Shown: in pieces, positions 1-13,904 of the stretch
Layout: every line of letters begins with the position of its first letter
Position numbering within the stretch: the first letter of the stretch is position 1
Source of the DNA: Octopus vulgaris
Lineage: Eukaryota
Reading direction: 5' to 3'
Length of the DNA stretch: 64,000 nt
NCBI GenBank assembly: GCA_951406725.2
Contig: OX597829.1
Coordinates: 35,898,001 to 35,962,000 of the forward strand
The notes under the pieces: model-generated
The model's database searches: none
Told to the model about the DNA's origin: nothing
The model's input: the letters and a program-made list of their open reading frames with translations, nothing else
Made by a program: the position numbers and the translations under genes

Positions 1-170
1 TCCATTGTTATGTAAATAATGGACTTCTTAAGGTGTTCACTTATCAGTTCCAGTTTCTGGGTTTTAGTCGAAGACATCGACTCCAGGACTTACTTTTTGT
101 AAGCCTTCTACTTATTCTATCAGTATCTCTTACTGAACTGCTAGGTTACGGGGATTATATTATATATGTA
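1..170. repeat. Direct repeat of 2746-2914 (unique flank plus OR-type SINE 3' fragment)
   Basis: tccattgttatgtaaataatggacttc...gggattatattatatatgta matches 2746-2914 with few substitutions. Confidence 0.95.
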
Positions 171-842
171 TGTGTTAAAAGAAAAATACATTAAAAAAAG
201 TTCGGTTATACATATTATATTATGTATATTAAATTGCATTATATTATATTCTTAAAGTATAACAGACTGCCATTTTTCTTTATAATACTAAATACGAATC
301 CACAAAAATGTAAGTCAGGGTGCAAATCACAGAGTAAAGGGTTCAGATCATAATGTCCAGAGATTAGAATGCAAAATAATTCATCGTATATAGCTTAGGA
401 ATCCTGGATTACACAATTTGCCATCTATAAATAAAATGGACTTATCTTTATCAAAGTAGGAAACCTTTCATTTTATATTCCCTTTTATCTAGTGGTCATT
501 AACGTAGGAAGTTTTTCATAGAACTTCACCTCGTTGTAGTCCTGTGACTGCTGTTTTTATCTTGATTACATGTAAGCTAACCAGGTTCGATGCTTCTAGA
601 GCTACAGTGATTTTCTAACGTTCAAAATAATATAGATGCCAGCGTGCATTAAAGTGGTAAAATATCTACCGAATTTCAGGTAATTAGAGAAATAGGTTCT
701 AAAAAAAGAAGCGATCTAACTCCACGATATCAAACTGAATAAATTTATGGTAAATTTTGTTTTCGATATTATTGAACTAATTAATGATGATATTACAAAT
801 TCTATTGTCTTAAACGGGCATCTTCCTTGATCCTTGACGAAA

Positions 843-1125
843 TTAATACCATGACGCATTCATGCTCGCTGCATCTAATTCACTTAACATTGTGTTGCTT
901 AACCTGCATCTAGAGCTACCGATTAAATTATTTTTGCGCTGTTTCAATAAGCAATAAAACTCGCATGTGTTTAAGCTTGCTAGTTTGAAAGTCTTAGTCT
1001 TTTTGTATATTTTCATGATGCAAAAGGTTGTCAGAATTGCTTCTATCAGACTCGTATCTGCACGAGTTTTCTGTGAGTTCAACTTGAAAATCTTCATGTG
1101 GTTACTATATCTTACTTTCATATGC
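843..1125 (-). pseudogene. Possible very old Penelope GIY-YIG C-terminal remnant
   Basis: MKVRYSNHMKIFK resembles the PLE motif FKxRYxNHxxSF; similarity is weak. Confidence 0.3.
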
Positions 1126-1366
1126 GACTGATCAAATTTGTCTCCACATTTTTATTTTGTACGAATTTCTTTTGGTTTTTTTTTGTAACTGAATCTACTA
1201 TCTACGTGTAAACTGGCCGATTCTTTAGCGAAGGAGTAAACGTTTCGTTTTACGTGTCCAAGGACTTACCTTCTTCTCAATAAGTTGTCTGGTATACAGA
1301 TTTCTTAGTAATGAAATACACAAAATCCAATGATGCGCAGATACATTCCAAGGTCGCCATACTGTG

Positions 1367-2058
1367 CCAACCAACCAACCAACATACCAGCCAACTCCCC
1401 CAACATACCAGCCAACTCCCCCAACATACCAACCAACATAAAAACCACCATGCCAACCAATCAAACCACCAACCAACTAACATACCAACTAACCAGCCAA
1501 CCGACCGACCGACTAACCTATTTCTTTATTACCCACAAGGGGCTAAACATAGAAGGGACAAACAAGGACAGACATAGGTATTAAGTCTATTACATCGACC
1601 CAGTACGTAGCTGGTACTTAATTTATCGACCCCGAAAGGATAAAAGGCAAAGTCGACCTCGGCGGAATTTGAACTCACAACGTAACGGCAGACGAAATAC
1701 CGCTAAGCATTTCGTCCGACGTGCTAACGTTTCTGCCAGCTCGCCGGACTAACCAACCGGCCAAACGACCGACCAACCGACCAACCAATCAACGAACCAA
1801 CCAACGACCGACCAACCAACCAACCAACCGACCGAACAAACAACCAGCCGACCGACCAACCAGCCCACCAACATACCAACCAATATACCAACCACCATGC
1901 CAACCAACCACCCAAACCACCAACAAACCAACATACCATCCAACCAACCAACCAACCGACCGACCAACCGACCGACCAACCGACCGACCAGCCGACCAAC
2001 CAATCAACCAACCAACATATCAACCAACCAACCAACCAACCAACCAATCCACGAACCA
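1367..2058. repeat. (CCAA/CCGA)n degenerate microsatellite interrupted by a SINE
   Basis: ccaa/ccga tetramers on both sides of 1519-1745. Confidence 0.95.
1519..1745 (-). mobile_element. tRNA-derived SINE (octopus OK-like family), full length
   Basis: Reverse complement GGCGAGCTGGCAGAAACGTTAGC...GAGTTCAAATTCC (A/B boxes)...CCTTGTGGGTAATAAAGAAATA; matches copies at 14438 and 44998. Confidence 0.9.
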
Positions 2059-2745
2059 GTAACGATCACCTTGATTATGTTATTTGAATTTTTGCCTTTT
2101 GTTTATATATTGTACTACTTATGATTGTATATCTCGGAATTTCAAGTCTATGGTACACTGAATTTTAAGCCTTCTGATCGTTAAATATTCTGACCGGCTA
2201 CTTAATGTTTTGATCTGCACTCTACAATAGATATTCGAGACTCGTATTTAATTTCTCTATACTTATCACATATATTTTGTACCCAGTATATTATTATATT
2301 CTATATTGCATTGCATGGCATTGAATTGGATTAATTTATTTGGATGATGTATTAATTATATTATGTTGAAATATCAGGTGGCACTTTTAAATGTCATACA
2401 ATTTCATGAGGGTGCTTTCACTCCCATCCTCGTAAATGCTTACCTAGTGCAAAAGGTGGTGTATGCCTCTCTAGAGCAGTAGAAAATCGTGTGCAATATG
2501 ATATGCCGAAGCTCATAGTGAAAATATAATTGTCCGTGCCATTCTGTGAAGCATAAGCAATGCGTTTCATTTATTTTCATTTATTTGGTATTTGTCTCTT
2601 CAATTTAGTTTTGATATTAATGTTATTTTATTTTTTCAAAAATTCGACTATAATGACAGTTTTCAGTCTATTCATGTTTTTTAGAGCAGTAGAGTTGTGA
2701 TATGAGGTTTATTTCGGTGCCTTTTTTAACAGATCGCTTAGAGGT

Positions 2746-2914
2746 TCCACTGTTATGTAAATAATGGACTTCTTAAGGTGTTCAGTTATCAGTTCCAGTT
2801 TCTGGGTTTTAGTCGAAGACATCGACTCCAGGACTTACTTTTGTAAGCCTTCTACTTATTCTATCAGTATCTCTTACCGAACTGCTAAGTTACGGGGATT
2901 ATATTATATATGTA
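2746..2914. repeat. Direct repeat of 1-170
   Basis: Direct sequence match. Confidence 0.95.
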
Positions 2915-4664
2915 GGTATGTAAGTATGTATAAGCTGAAAAAAGTTATAGTTCACGGTTAGCAACTGGGGTTGCTGTGTTTGCGAATAAAATTCCAAATT
3001 TAGGGAAAGGAGTAGGTAAAATCCAGGCTACATATTTTTCCTAGGGAGTAGAGCCTTAGAAGTGGTAATTACTCAACGAGTAGTATTCCGCTACCTACCG
3101 TCAGGCCAAAGATACCTCAGTCAAACGAAGGTTACATTGTCGTCAAGGGGTCCCATGTTAATTCGCAGGAGGTTTTGATTGAAGATGCGTGGAAAGCACA
3201 GAGCGAGAAAACAGAAAGTAGATTCTCTTAAGAAACATTTCATGACTACAAGATACGCTTATTTCCGTTCATAGTTGTATTTTTCTTTTCTTTTTTTTTA
3301 CCAAACTTCTATCCCTTGAGGGTGTCCTCTATTTTAACTCAACTGCTTTCGGTGATCACTACATCCCACAATGTTCCTTGCTTCTCAAATATGTGATTGT
3401 GATATTATCAGAATATGGTTCGATCTTCAAGGCACAGTAAGCTTTAATCTAATGTCCTCGTTTTCGTTCTTTAATATAGTTTTGATGAGGAACATCATAA
3501 TTAATCTTAGGTGAGTGTTGTTACTTTATTTAGTTGTTGATGTGGGTTCTTTCATTTCCCACTGAATTCTCTCTCAAGCAATTTTTTAATAACCATCACC
3601 TCTCTCCATCGAAAGAGCGCGGAATGCTGTTGTTAGTTAATGTTAATGGGACTGAAGGTCGCTGCTGTTGTTTCTGTTGTAAGCAGCTCTCCCTCTCACA
3701 GCCATCAATGGTTATGGCCGGAGAGGAATAGTTCTCGACTTCTCGATCAGCTCCTATGATCAAAGCCAAAGCGACATTTTCTACCAGTTCTGAAGTTTCG
3801 AACAGCAGTGCGCATGAATTAACAGCCACTGGATTGTGTTGTTCATATTATTCTGTAAGTTTTTGTTTGTTTGTTTGTTTGTTTGTTTGTGTGTGTGTGT
3901 TTGTGTGTGTGTGCTTTCTTTTTTTCTTTTCTATTGTTTGCCTTAACTTTCTGAATAGAAAACCTCAAATGACTTTTGTTGTCATAAGTATAAGAATTAG
4001 ATCTTTTTCCTTTTACAGTAAGCTTCATTGCTTTAGTTTCTGCTCCAGTTACGAGGCAGAGCTGTGCAAAAGCTCTGTAACCTTCAAGGTTCAAAAGGAC
4101 TTGGAAAGCTATACTGATCTCTTCCAACTAACCTTTTTTGGTTATTCCGCACCTAGTTTCTACTAATATAGCATCACAAAGATAAAAATAAAAAAGGGTA
4201 TGTACCTCTATCGATGCTCCTTACTGTCTTACATTGCCTAACATACTGGGGTCTGGGCGAATGTACGAGTGTTTCGCGTATTATTTCTAACTGTATTCAA
4301 CTTAGCTTTCGTCCTGAAATGCCGGTCGATGGTTCTGTGCGATATACTTTGGTCAGTGGATGCAATTTTACTCTCACACATTTTCTAGAACAACACCCAC
4401 TTACTCTTTTCAAGGCATACCGAACCCTGCTTAGTTTTGTGTGAGTATAAGTACGTCAACTCAAGAATCAACCTCAAGAGTTTAAGTAAGAACGTATTGC
4501 TATAGTTTCTTCTGGTCCAGGGCCCTCTTTATTTAGATCCGTCTTGTTTGAAACAATAGGAGCACAAGTATTTTTGCCACAAATATACTTGCTGGTTCAG
4601 GCTTACGTGTATGAAGCAGTACTACTGTTTATATTTGTTGCCACTGTTGCCACTAACAAGATAT

Positions 4665-4804
4665 TCCTTTCTGCCATAGGCACAAGACCTGAAATTTTGC
4701 GGGCAGGGGTAAGTCCGTTACATCAACCTCAGTGCTCAGCTGGTACTTGTTTTATCGACCCCGAAAGTATGAAAGGCAAAGTCGACCACGGCAATAATTG
4801 AACT
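4665..4804 (-). mobile_element. OK-like SINE, 5'-truncated, alternative tail
   Basis: Core ttatcgaccccgaaagtatgaaaggcaaagtcgacc; tail cctttctgccataggcacaagacctgaaatttt. Confidence 0.8.
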
Positions 4805-5149
4805 TGTGCTTCACTTTTGAAAATGTTTAAATGTTGATACGTATTGCTTGTGTTTTCTTTTTATCACTTGCAAAAATGTTTTGATTTGATCTTTCTGTTT
4901 CTTGGTTTTGTCTTATCATCGAATGGTGCAAGCATGATAAATACTAGAAAGTTAAAAGTCGACCGAAATGTCTAATTAAAGAGTCTTCTTACTTGAGGGG
5001 AACAAAATGAGGAAACAACAAAAACCTTCGTTTATCGTGGTACTCACATAAAAGTACAAAGAATATCGACATTTAAACCTCAGAAAGAAAAAAAAGAAAA
5101 ATCAAAACTGTGGGGCAGAAAAAAATAGGTTTGACTTTAAGAGACACAA

Positions 5150-5360
5150 ATGTTAATGATGATGATGTTGTTCATGATGATGATGAAGAAGAGGAGAAGA
5201 ATTTCTTGAAGAAGTACTATTACAACAACTACTACTACTACTACAACCACCACTACCACCGTCAGCGCCACCACGACCACCACCATTACCACCACCACCA
5301 CCATCACCACCACCACCACCACTACCACCACCACCACCACTACCACCACCACCACCAATA
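5150..5360. repeat. (GAT)/(TAC)/(CAC)n trinucleotide tract
   Basis: Direct reading. Confidence 0.95.
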
Positions 5361-6815
5361 ACCGATTTTTTTGGTCAAACTATCGTATCTCCAGCTGCTT
5401 CAGATGTCAAGATATCAAAAATTGTCGAAGTGTAGTACAACACTTTTGCTATGGAATGGTGAAACTATTTTTTCGTTTTTTTAAAAAAATCAACGTCTTG
5501 GACTTACGACACTTTGGCATTATAGCAACGACATATACATATACATGTGTGTGCGTGTGTGTGTGTACATAGATTTGTATGTACGTATCTATTATATTTA
5601 CTACATTTGAAAAACCGAAGCGGGTACTGCACATGGTCTCTAATAAACATTGTCAGCTATGTAGTATCCTGCATACCTTACTGCGATGAGATCAGCTTTT
5701 TCTATCATACGTTTTGCTTCATAAATTGGTTGATTGAATTATTGAAAGTTAAATTTTGGGACTTCATAATTTCTATATGGGATACGATCCGTCGAACCCA
5801 ATTAACAAAAGTTGTTAGTCATCGGATATAAAAAAAAACTACAGCATTTTCAAACATCATTCCCTCAAATCATTATATAACCTCGCCTCTGCAAGTCAAG
5901 AAACTCTAATTAAAAAGAAAACGAAAATATAAATATCGAATTAATACGAGTTGAAAAAAACAATTGGTAATGTTGAACGCCAAAGTGTCTGTACTTCTGT
6001 ATTGAAATATGACATTAAAAAGAAACTAATTTCTCATTTTCATTTCGACCCACCGGGAAAATATCTAGCTGTTTACATAGCTTTATCTATTTGTTAACAT
6101 AGTAATCACCATTTATTAACACAATAACAACTATTTAGTAATATCTAACTCCTAACGCATAATGTAACGTTACCAATCTTCAGAACAAAAGTGATAATCT
6201 TGCTATTAACATGATAATCTCACTATATAACATGATAGCTTCGATAAGATCGTAAGATCTGTCTTCAAGAACACTTCTTGCATTAATATATGCAAAAGTA
6301 ATGTAAGGAGCGTATGGTATTATTTCATATATTTATTAGTAAGTCTGATTAATGGCATATCATACTTCTTCATAAAATATACGTATGTTAGAATACTGTG
6401 GAGCTTCTCCAACACATCGGGTTTCATTTCATAGCGTAACATAAACTAATATATTGTTCTACTACTGCATCCATGTAGATATTCTATTACAACATTTCAA
6501 GAAATAAATAATATCTCATAAATGTATACAATTTTCATGATGAGCGCCGTAGAATTATTGTATGGAAGCAGCCGTGCTACTACAAAGCTGCCCACACTAA
6601 GCAAATACGTACATACATACACACACACACACATGTATGTGTGTGTATGTATGTACACAAAAATACGTGTGTGTATTTGTGCGCGTGCGTATGTGCATAA
6701 ATTGTATATATATATATATATATATAAGTGTGTGTGTGTGTGTGTGTGTATGTATATATATATATATATATATACACACAAATATATACATATGTGTGTG
6801 TGTGTATATGTATAT

Positions 6816-6866
<51 letters not shown>

Positions 6867-6989
6867 AATATATACATATGTGTGTATATGTATATGTATG
6901 TGTATATATATATATATATATATAGATATATATATACTCTTTTACTCTTATACTTGTTTCAGTCATTTGACTGTGGTCATGCTGCAGCA

Positions 6990-7258
6990 CGGTATTTATA
7001 TAAGACTAACGCTTATAGCGATCACTGTGCAATGGCTAGGAAAAATAATCTAAAAATGGAGCAAATAAGCCCCCGACAGAAAAAAAGTAGGCTTTCCTAC
7101 ACTTAGTCACGTTGACAAAGGGATGTGGATTCGAGTCGCAAACGGATAGAAAAGCCGATTTTTTTCTGTCGAGGGCTTCTATGCCCCATTATTAGACTAT
7201 TTTCCTTAGTCATTGCACGGTGATCGCCATAAGCTTTAGGCTTATATAAAAATACCAT
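6990..7258. mobile_element. Fold-back / MITE-like element with ~110-bp inverted arms
   Basis: ggtatttatataagactaacgcttatagcgatcactgtgcaatggcta... is inverted at ...tagtcattgcacggtgatcgccataagctttaggcttatataaaatacc. Confidence 0.85.
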
Positions 7259-7371
7259 TATTATTATTTACAGGATTGTAAAATACGGCGCTGTATAACA
7301 AAAACATTTGCACCGAAAGCATTTATATGTGTATGTATATATGTATGTATTTATGTATGTATGTATGCAAG

Positions 7372-7404
<33 letters not shown>

Positions 7405-7444
7405 AATTATATGTGTATATATATATACAAATATACATACATAT

Positions 7445-7482
<38 letters not shown>

Positions 7483-7735
7483 CTGCTATTATGCAAAAGT
7501 ATCGTAAGTCCAAAACATAGATTTTTTTTTTTTACAAAATGAAAAAATAGTTTCACCATTCCATAGTAAAACCACTGTGCTACCCTTTTACAACTTTTGA
7601 CACCTTGGCATCTGAAGCAGCTGGAGATACGATAGTTTGACCAAAAGAATCGGCTATTGCAAGCAAAAATAGATATTGAGAAAAATGCAATTGGCCAAAT
7701 TTGGTACATATGACAGTTTAACATGATATCAATGA

Positions 7736-7766
<31 letters not shown>

Positions 7767-10308
7767 ACATACATAGATTTATATATTGTATCTGTTATAT
7801 TTACTACATTTAGAAAATCGAAGCGGGTACAGCACATGGTCTCTAATAAACGTTGTCAGTTTTATATATATATATATTTAAATATGAATGGAATGAGGTC
7901 AGATGAAACCAAAATCAGTAGCAACTGCTTCAAGTCTCTCAGTGTATTGTAGCAACTCCTACCCTGTTGGGACGGAATCAGAGGATTTGCTGCACTCAAT
8001 AACCAAGTATGATTACGATTTGGTGCATTCGGTGACCAAACACGATTACTTAAGATTAATTGATTCCCCGATTTCTATATGTTGAGTTTGAGTTGTTTCT
8101 CAATTCCATCAAAACACCATTAATCGGCTTCTTTGGTGATTTCGGTACACATATTTTACGCTTCATAATTGTTGTGGAGATCATAGCTAACAGTAATTTC
8201 TCTGTCTACCCAATACAGTTTCGGAATGTTATTTGCCATGTTTGGTAGACAGAGGAAAATTACGTTGGATGTATACAATTAATGCGTCCGTTTAGTTGTG
8301 TTTAGTTTTTCAATTTAGTTTTGTTTTGTTTTGTTTTGTTTTATTTTGTTTTGAATGACAAGGTAAAATATGAACAATAAAATTCATGCCAGATAACATT
8401 TATATTTATGTCAGATGAAAAAAATATCCAGCTGCCAGTAATATCCGGATTGATATAGAATATATAGAATAATACAGTACATGCTACATTTCTTATAAAA
8501 TAACAGTTCCATTCACCTTAGCGGACGGGTGAAAATGCTGTAAAAGTCATTCTAAAAGAGAAATTGAAAGTAGATGCAAAAGATACAATAATTCTCTTCA
8601 TATACACCTGTGAAACTTTTTCCTTGTGCCTCATCCTCTGTCCAACATAAATGAACGTCGTAATCAAGATGGATTACGCCCATGATCAAGCCTCTGTTAG
8701 GCAGTAGACTATGAAGCGTATAAAAGACTTCTTTTTAATATGCTTTGTAATTTGATGGAGATTTGTCTATTTGATAATCCATTGCGTGGCTACGTAGAGG
8801 TTCCTTGCCTGTTCATCTTGGACATATTTTGGGGTACTTTCCTATTAGCGACAGCTAATTTTTTATTTCCTAAATGGCTACTAAATAAACTATACTTTCG
8901 TGAGATAGTTGTAACAGTTGATCGGCAAAGATTTAGGGAAGCTCTCATTACGAATGGAGAAGAAAAAAAAGGCAAAGGTTTAATAGTTTCTTTACAATTC
9001 CTTCAGTAAATAAAAAAAATTGGCTGCCGATAAAAAGAAAATATCACTTTTAGAGTTCAAATTATCATCAATTTAGAATAAATTTTATTTGTAAATATGT
9101 AAGCTTTAAAAACATTTAAAGAAAATTATTTTACTAAAATATTTCCTGGTCTAAATACGTTCACATTTCAGGTAATTCAACAGAAGGTCAAGGAATAAAT
9201 TTCAAATAACATAGCTGAATCATTCTTATTAGTGAACTGAAATATATCCATGATACAAAAATCAATAAATCAAATAAAATCCTAACCTTACACTAGTAAT
9301 AACTAAATTTTAGGTAACAAATAAATAAAAAAAACATTAATCGTCTGCAATGAAGGCAAGTTAAAAGTTATTCTACGATATAAGTTAAGGGCTTATTATG
9401 TCTGTAACAATATAAGCTAATAAAACCGAATTTACATGACTACCTATGTCAGCCGAGTCTTTTTTCGAATTACACATTATGTTAAAAAAATAAATAAATA
9501 AAGAGAAGGTCATATTTTATTAGACATCCTAAATATAAAATTTCAGAAAAACAGAGGGGACTCTGGTTGCTGCAGTCTATTTGGTTTGCTCTTTAAACAA
9601 TTACCTAGACCAAAACAACTATGAATGTACCAGCAAAATAATATTGCTATCTAAACGCCAAACTATCACAAATAAACGATCCTTTGAACAAGTGTCTCTC
9701 AAATTTGCTCCACTGTAATGAAAGAACATAGTTAAGATTTATTACAACTGTAATTAGGTATGTATATTATATTTGTTCAACTTCTTTAGCACAATGTATT
9801 TCTCGTTAGAAAATCAAGGGCAAAAAATACGCCGATGATGCTGGGGCATTGCACAGATTGCAACAGCAATGAATTTTCGCTACTCAGGCAATCAGTTTAA
9901 TAGTTGCAAATCACGTCAGCACATGAACAATATACAACATCTTCATTTCTTTGCTATACAACGGGTTTGTTACAAAAAGGAAGCAAAATGTAATATAGGA
10001 AACAAGCAAATTCAACAAAATATACTCTCAGTAATTTTACACATGCATATACGAACTTATTTTTAAAATACAATATATATGGGGATGCATATGTATGTAT
10101 CTGTGTGTGTGCGTGTATTTACATACATACAGAGAGAGAGAAGCAGAACGGTAGACAGACAGACATAATGCATGCATGTGTATATGTATATATGTATGTA
10201 TATATATATAAATATATATATATGTATATATATATAATATACGAGTATATGTATATATATATTTATTTATATACATATGTATGTATCTCCCAGCTTGTCT
10301 CTCTCTCT

Positions 10309-10438
<130 letters not shown>

Positions 10439-10496
10439 TATATAGTTCCGTGATGGTAAGATCAACAAAAAGAGTACTCCATCTGATGAGAGATAA

Positions 10497-10797
10497 ATAT
10501 TATTTAGTAGGCACAATACATGTTTTTATGTGCTACTAATAGTTTCTTGTGCTGAGAGCATGCCAAACAATGTATTATAACACGTCGGATATCTCAGTAG
10601 AATCATCAGGCACAGCCCACATGGCATAAGGAAGTAAAATTTTAATCAGTTCAATCAATTTATAGTTCATGCTATGTTGGCTGTGCCTGATGACTATGCC
10701 TAGATATCAGACTATTATAAGACTTTGTTTAGCATGTTCTTAGCACAAGAAAATATTAGTAGCATATAAAACATGTATTGTGTCTATCAAATAATAT
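10497..10797. mobile_element. Fold-back element with ~130-bp inverted arms
   Basis: tatttagtaggcacaatacatgtttttatgtgctactaata... versus ...tattagtagcatataaaacatgtattgtgtctatcaaata. Confidence 0.85.
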
Positions 10798-12914
10798 ATA
10801 TAATATATATATAAATTGTGTCTATTAAATAATATATATTGTGTCTATTAAATATTATATGTATATAAAGTAAAGACTATTTGCCAACATAATGTGTCTG
10901 TCCTGGAAGGGACGATTGATACTGTTATTTAGCCTCAAGAAACATCATTTCCAGCTGGCTATACGACACAATATCTGTGCACTTGTATTTTCGAATAGGG
11001 AGTCCAGCAAAAAGCAACATTTGTGCACCGATTTCTGGGTTATTGCGTGTGGTCCTTCATTTTCTTTTTTGTTTTTGTTTGTGGGGGAGAAGCTACAAAC
11101 GTGGCATCACTCTCATCTGCCCTCCACAGTTACTCACAGTTCTGCCTCTTCAACTATTCGGGCTTTACAAGGAGAAGCACTTCCACTGTGACTTCAATCC
11201 AGTTCTCCGTCCTTCTTTCACTTGAAGTCCAAGAGACTATCACTATCCTTGAGAACTATGCATGCCAGGATCTGATGGGAACACTTAATTCTGGTTGGAC
11301 CGCTGGTATCATTATTTCTACAGCTGATCTTCTTCCCAAATAGGAAAGTGAACGAAAACTTCCCTACGCGGGCGGCCACTGGGTACTGAATAGCCAGTGC
11401 CTCCCTCTTAATGACCTTGACCCCGCCGAATTGCCTTGCTCTCGACATATGGCAGATGTCCTGCCATATATCGTGCAGGACACTTTCAATTTGAGCTTTC
11501 GTTGAAGTTTCAGTCGGTTAGATTTAATGCTGATGCATATGAAGGTAACTGCTTTACCAGCAGTTGCAGCTAGCGTTGCAGGTGGGAGAAAACCTCTAAC
11601 CTTCTCTCCTCAGTTTTTTCTATATCTAAACGCTATCGTCAATTCCTAGAATTTATCCTCTAGGAGGAGAGCAAAAAGCTCTCCTGTAGAGTCGCCAGCG
11701 AAGAAAGCCATATTGTTGTTGTTAGCGGTGTCGTTGCTGTTGCTCCCACACTCGCTGCCTTTGTTATTTCCTTTCCCTTTGCCCTCGCTATTGACGTCAG
11801 TGCTGCTGCTGCTGACACTGTTGTTGTCAATACTGCCACTACCACTTATGTCACTACCACCGCCACTGCTATTGCTACAGATGTTGTCGCCGCCACTGTT
11901 GCGGCAAATACTGCTGTTGCGAATGCCACTGCCGCCGCAATCACTGTGGCAACTTTTGCGAACGCTGTTTTGCTGCTGCTACACCACAGCCACTCTCGTC
12001 CGCCGGTACATAAGTTGGACTATCCACTTTAATCATAGCAGTTATCTCCTTCAGTAAACAGTCTGAGCTGATACTCCCGAATTATACAAGTAACAGGCTG
12101 CATCACGTTTTCTGAGTAGAGTCGAAAATTTGGACACGAAATCTATGGTAATCCTTAATCTCGACAAGTGTTCTGGTACCAATAGAATTCAAGCGGTTCC
12201 TAAGGGCGCAAGACATTGTTAAAGTCACGCATCTACAAAGCGAGGACCAGAGACCAGAAGACCCGATCCTTTGTTCTCTTGCTCAAGTATCGGAAGCACC
12301 AAACTCCCTTGTCCAATGAGTCCTCAACTGATCAGCGCCTACAAGTATTTCTAGACTTCAGACTCACAGTTAATGCTGGGAGGGATCTCGTTGCTGAAAT
12401 AAGTTGTCAGGGAAATATTCTTTCTAACGTTTGTATTTGCAAAATTGCCATTTTTCCTTAAAATATGACATGAATCCCGAAGAAATAATATCCATCGGTT
12501 ACATATACATCATAAAGGAAGTGGAAGAAAGTTTTAAGTGAAACAAAGAGAGAGAGAGAGGGTGGTGGAGAGAGAGAGAGAGAGATGCGGAGAAATAAGT
12601 CTGTTAATGTCTGCTTTAGTAATTACTGTAGTAGCCATGGCAAAGACAGATTACATCAAAGAGAAAAATGTTAGTCGTCTGCCCGAATCAACGTACTGAA
12701 ACAAAAAAAAAAACATCAACAACAAAAATTGACTACGATCACGTCAACAAAAACTACGACAATAATAACAATAATAATATCTTTGCAAATACCCGATTGC
12801 AAGAAAGAATATGGAAACGATTATAAACGCAACATTACCATATCGGATTCATGAGACTTCCATCTTCAGAGTGTAGAGCATACAGAAGCAATCATTTATA
12901 TAAATTTATTGAAT

Positions 12915-13246
12915 GAAAATAAAGGAAAACCCAGAATCACATTTCAGCTCAAGTGGAAATATATCTGCCTCTTCAAATTCCCCCAGAAGTTGATTAGGAG
13001 TTGACTCTATTCTAGGACACTGGAACATGTCTACCGCATATCGTCTTTGACCATAAATTATAGGCAAAGGAAAAAAAAAGAAAATAAAGGAAAACCCAGA
13101 ATCACAGTTCAGCTCAAGTGGAAATATATCTGCCTCTTCAAATTCCCCCAGACGTTGATTAGGAGTTGGCTCTATTCTAGGACACTGGAACATGTCTACC
13201 GCATATCGTCTTTGACCATAGATTATAGGCAAAGGAAAAAAAAAAA
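12915..13246. repeat. Two-copy 165-bp tandem duplication
   Basis: gaaaataaaggaaaacccagaatcaca...ggcaaaggaaaaaaaa at 12915 and 13080. Confidence 0.95.
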
Positions 13247-13904
13247 TATCCGTTATATCTTGCTAAAGAAGGTGTTGGATTAGTCTTCACCGTATCCCTG
13301 TAATAGCTAGATGTGTCCCCCACATAAATCTTCAACATAAGTTCTGTATCGTTCCTCTTATTAACTTAAAGTCAGAATGGAGGGCGGATTGGGAAGGTAA
13401 ACCCTTAACCTAAAAATATCTGCACATGACATAAAGATGATTATTGCTGTTCATTTTCAATAGAAAGGGGAAAACATATATAAATCGAATTATTCATTCA
13501 TAAACAACGAAAAGAAAATTTTAATAATATAAATTACGAATGAGTTCTTTGTTTTAATTAATTATTTAGCGACATATGACATTATTTTCTTTGCTGCATT
13601 AATTGGTAATTGGCTGCTTCATAAGATGGCGTAAAATCATACAAGGAAAAAACTCATACCTGCAGAATAAGCGAAGGTTATAGAAGGAGCAGCAAATACA
13701 TTTCTCTCAAGTGGTCTAAATCTCGTAAACCCAAGTCAGAAATATAGCGTTATTGTTACTCTTTGTATCTATACATTATCTATATTTAGATTTAGCTAAC
13801 TTCTACTGTTCACCTTCAGGAAATTGTCTGCTACTCCCTTGTGATGTAGACAAACGTTATTCGTGAACACATCCCATTTTTGTTGAACGTCGTATCAGAT
13901 CTAT

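Noticed and set aside
3000-4500. Short ORFs in moderately GC-rich sequence
   Set aside because: No recognisable domain or splice structure.
5110-7542. Many ORFs of poly-H, poly-YI and poly-CV type (also at 35765-36324, 45228-45651 and 48570-59852)
   Set aside because: They are translations of microsatellites with no coding signal.
7983-8049. 33-bp two-copy repeat, considered as a CRISPR-like or coding repeat
   Set aside because: Two diverged adjacent copies with no spacer, in a eukaryotic context.
8600-8850. IVYCLT / FIYVGQ on the minus strand, possibly an old GIY-YIG
   Set aside because: Short motifs with unconvincing spacing and frame.
10686-10750. CTGATGA in both arms of the 10.5-kb fold-back element
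   Set aside because: No GAAA or stem III in register, so no hammerhead can be built.
10892-12460. GC-richer region with several ORFs, possibly a LINE ORF1/gag remnant
   Set aside because: Only a doubtful zinc-knuckle-like trace; cannot be assigned.
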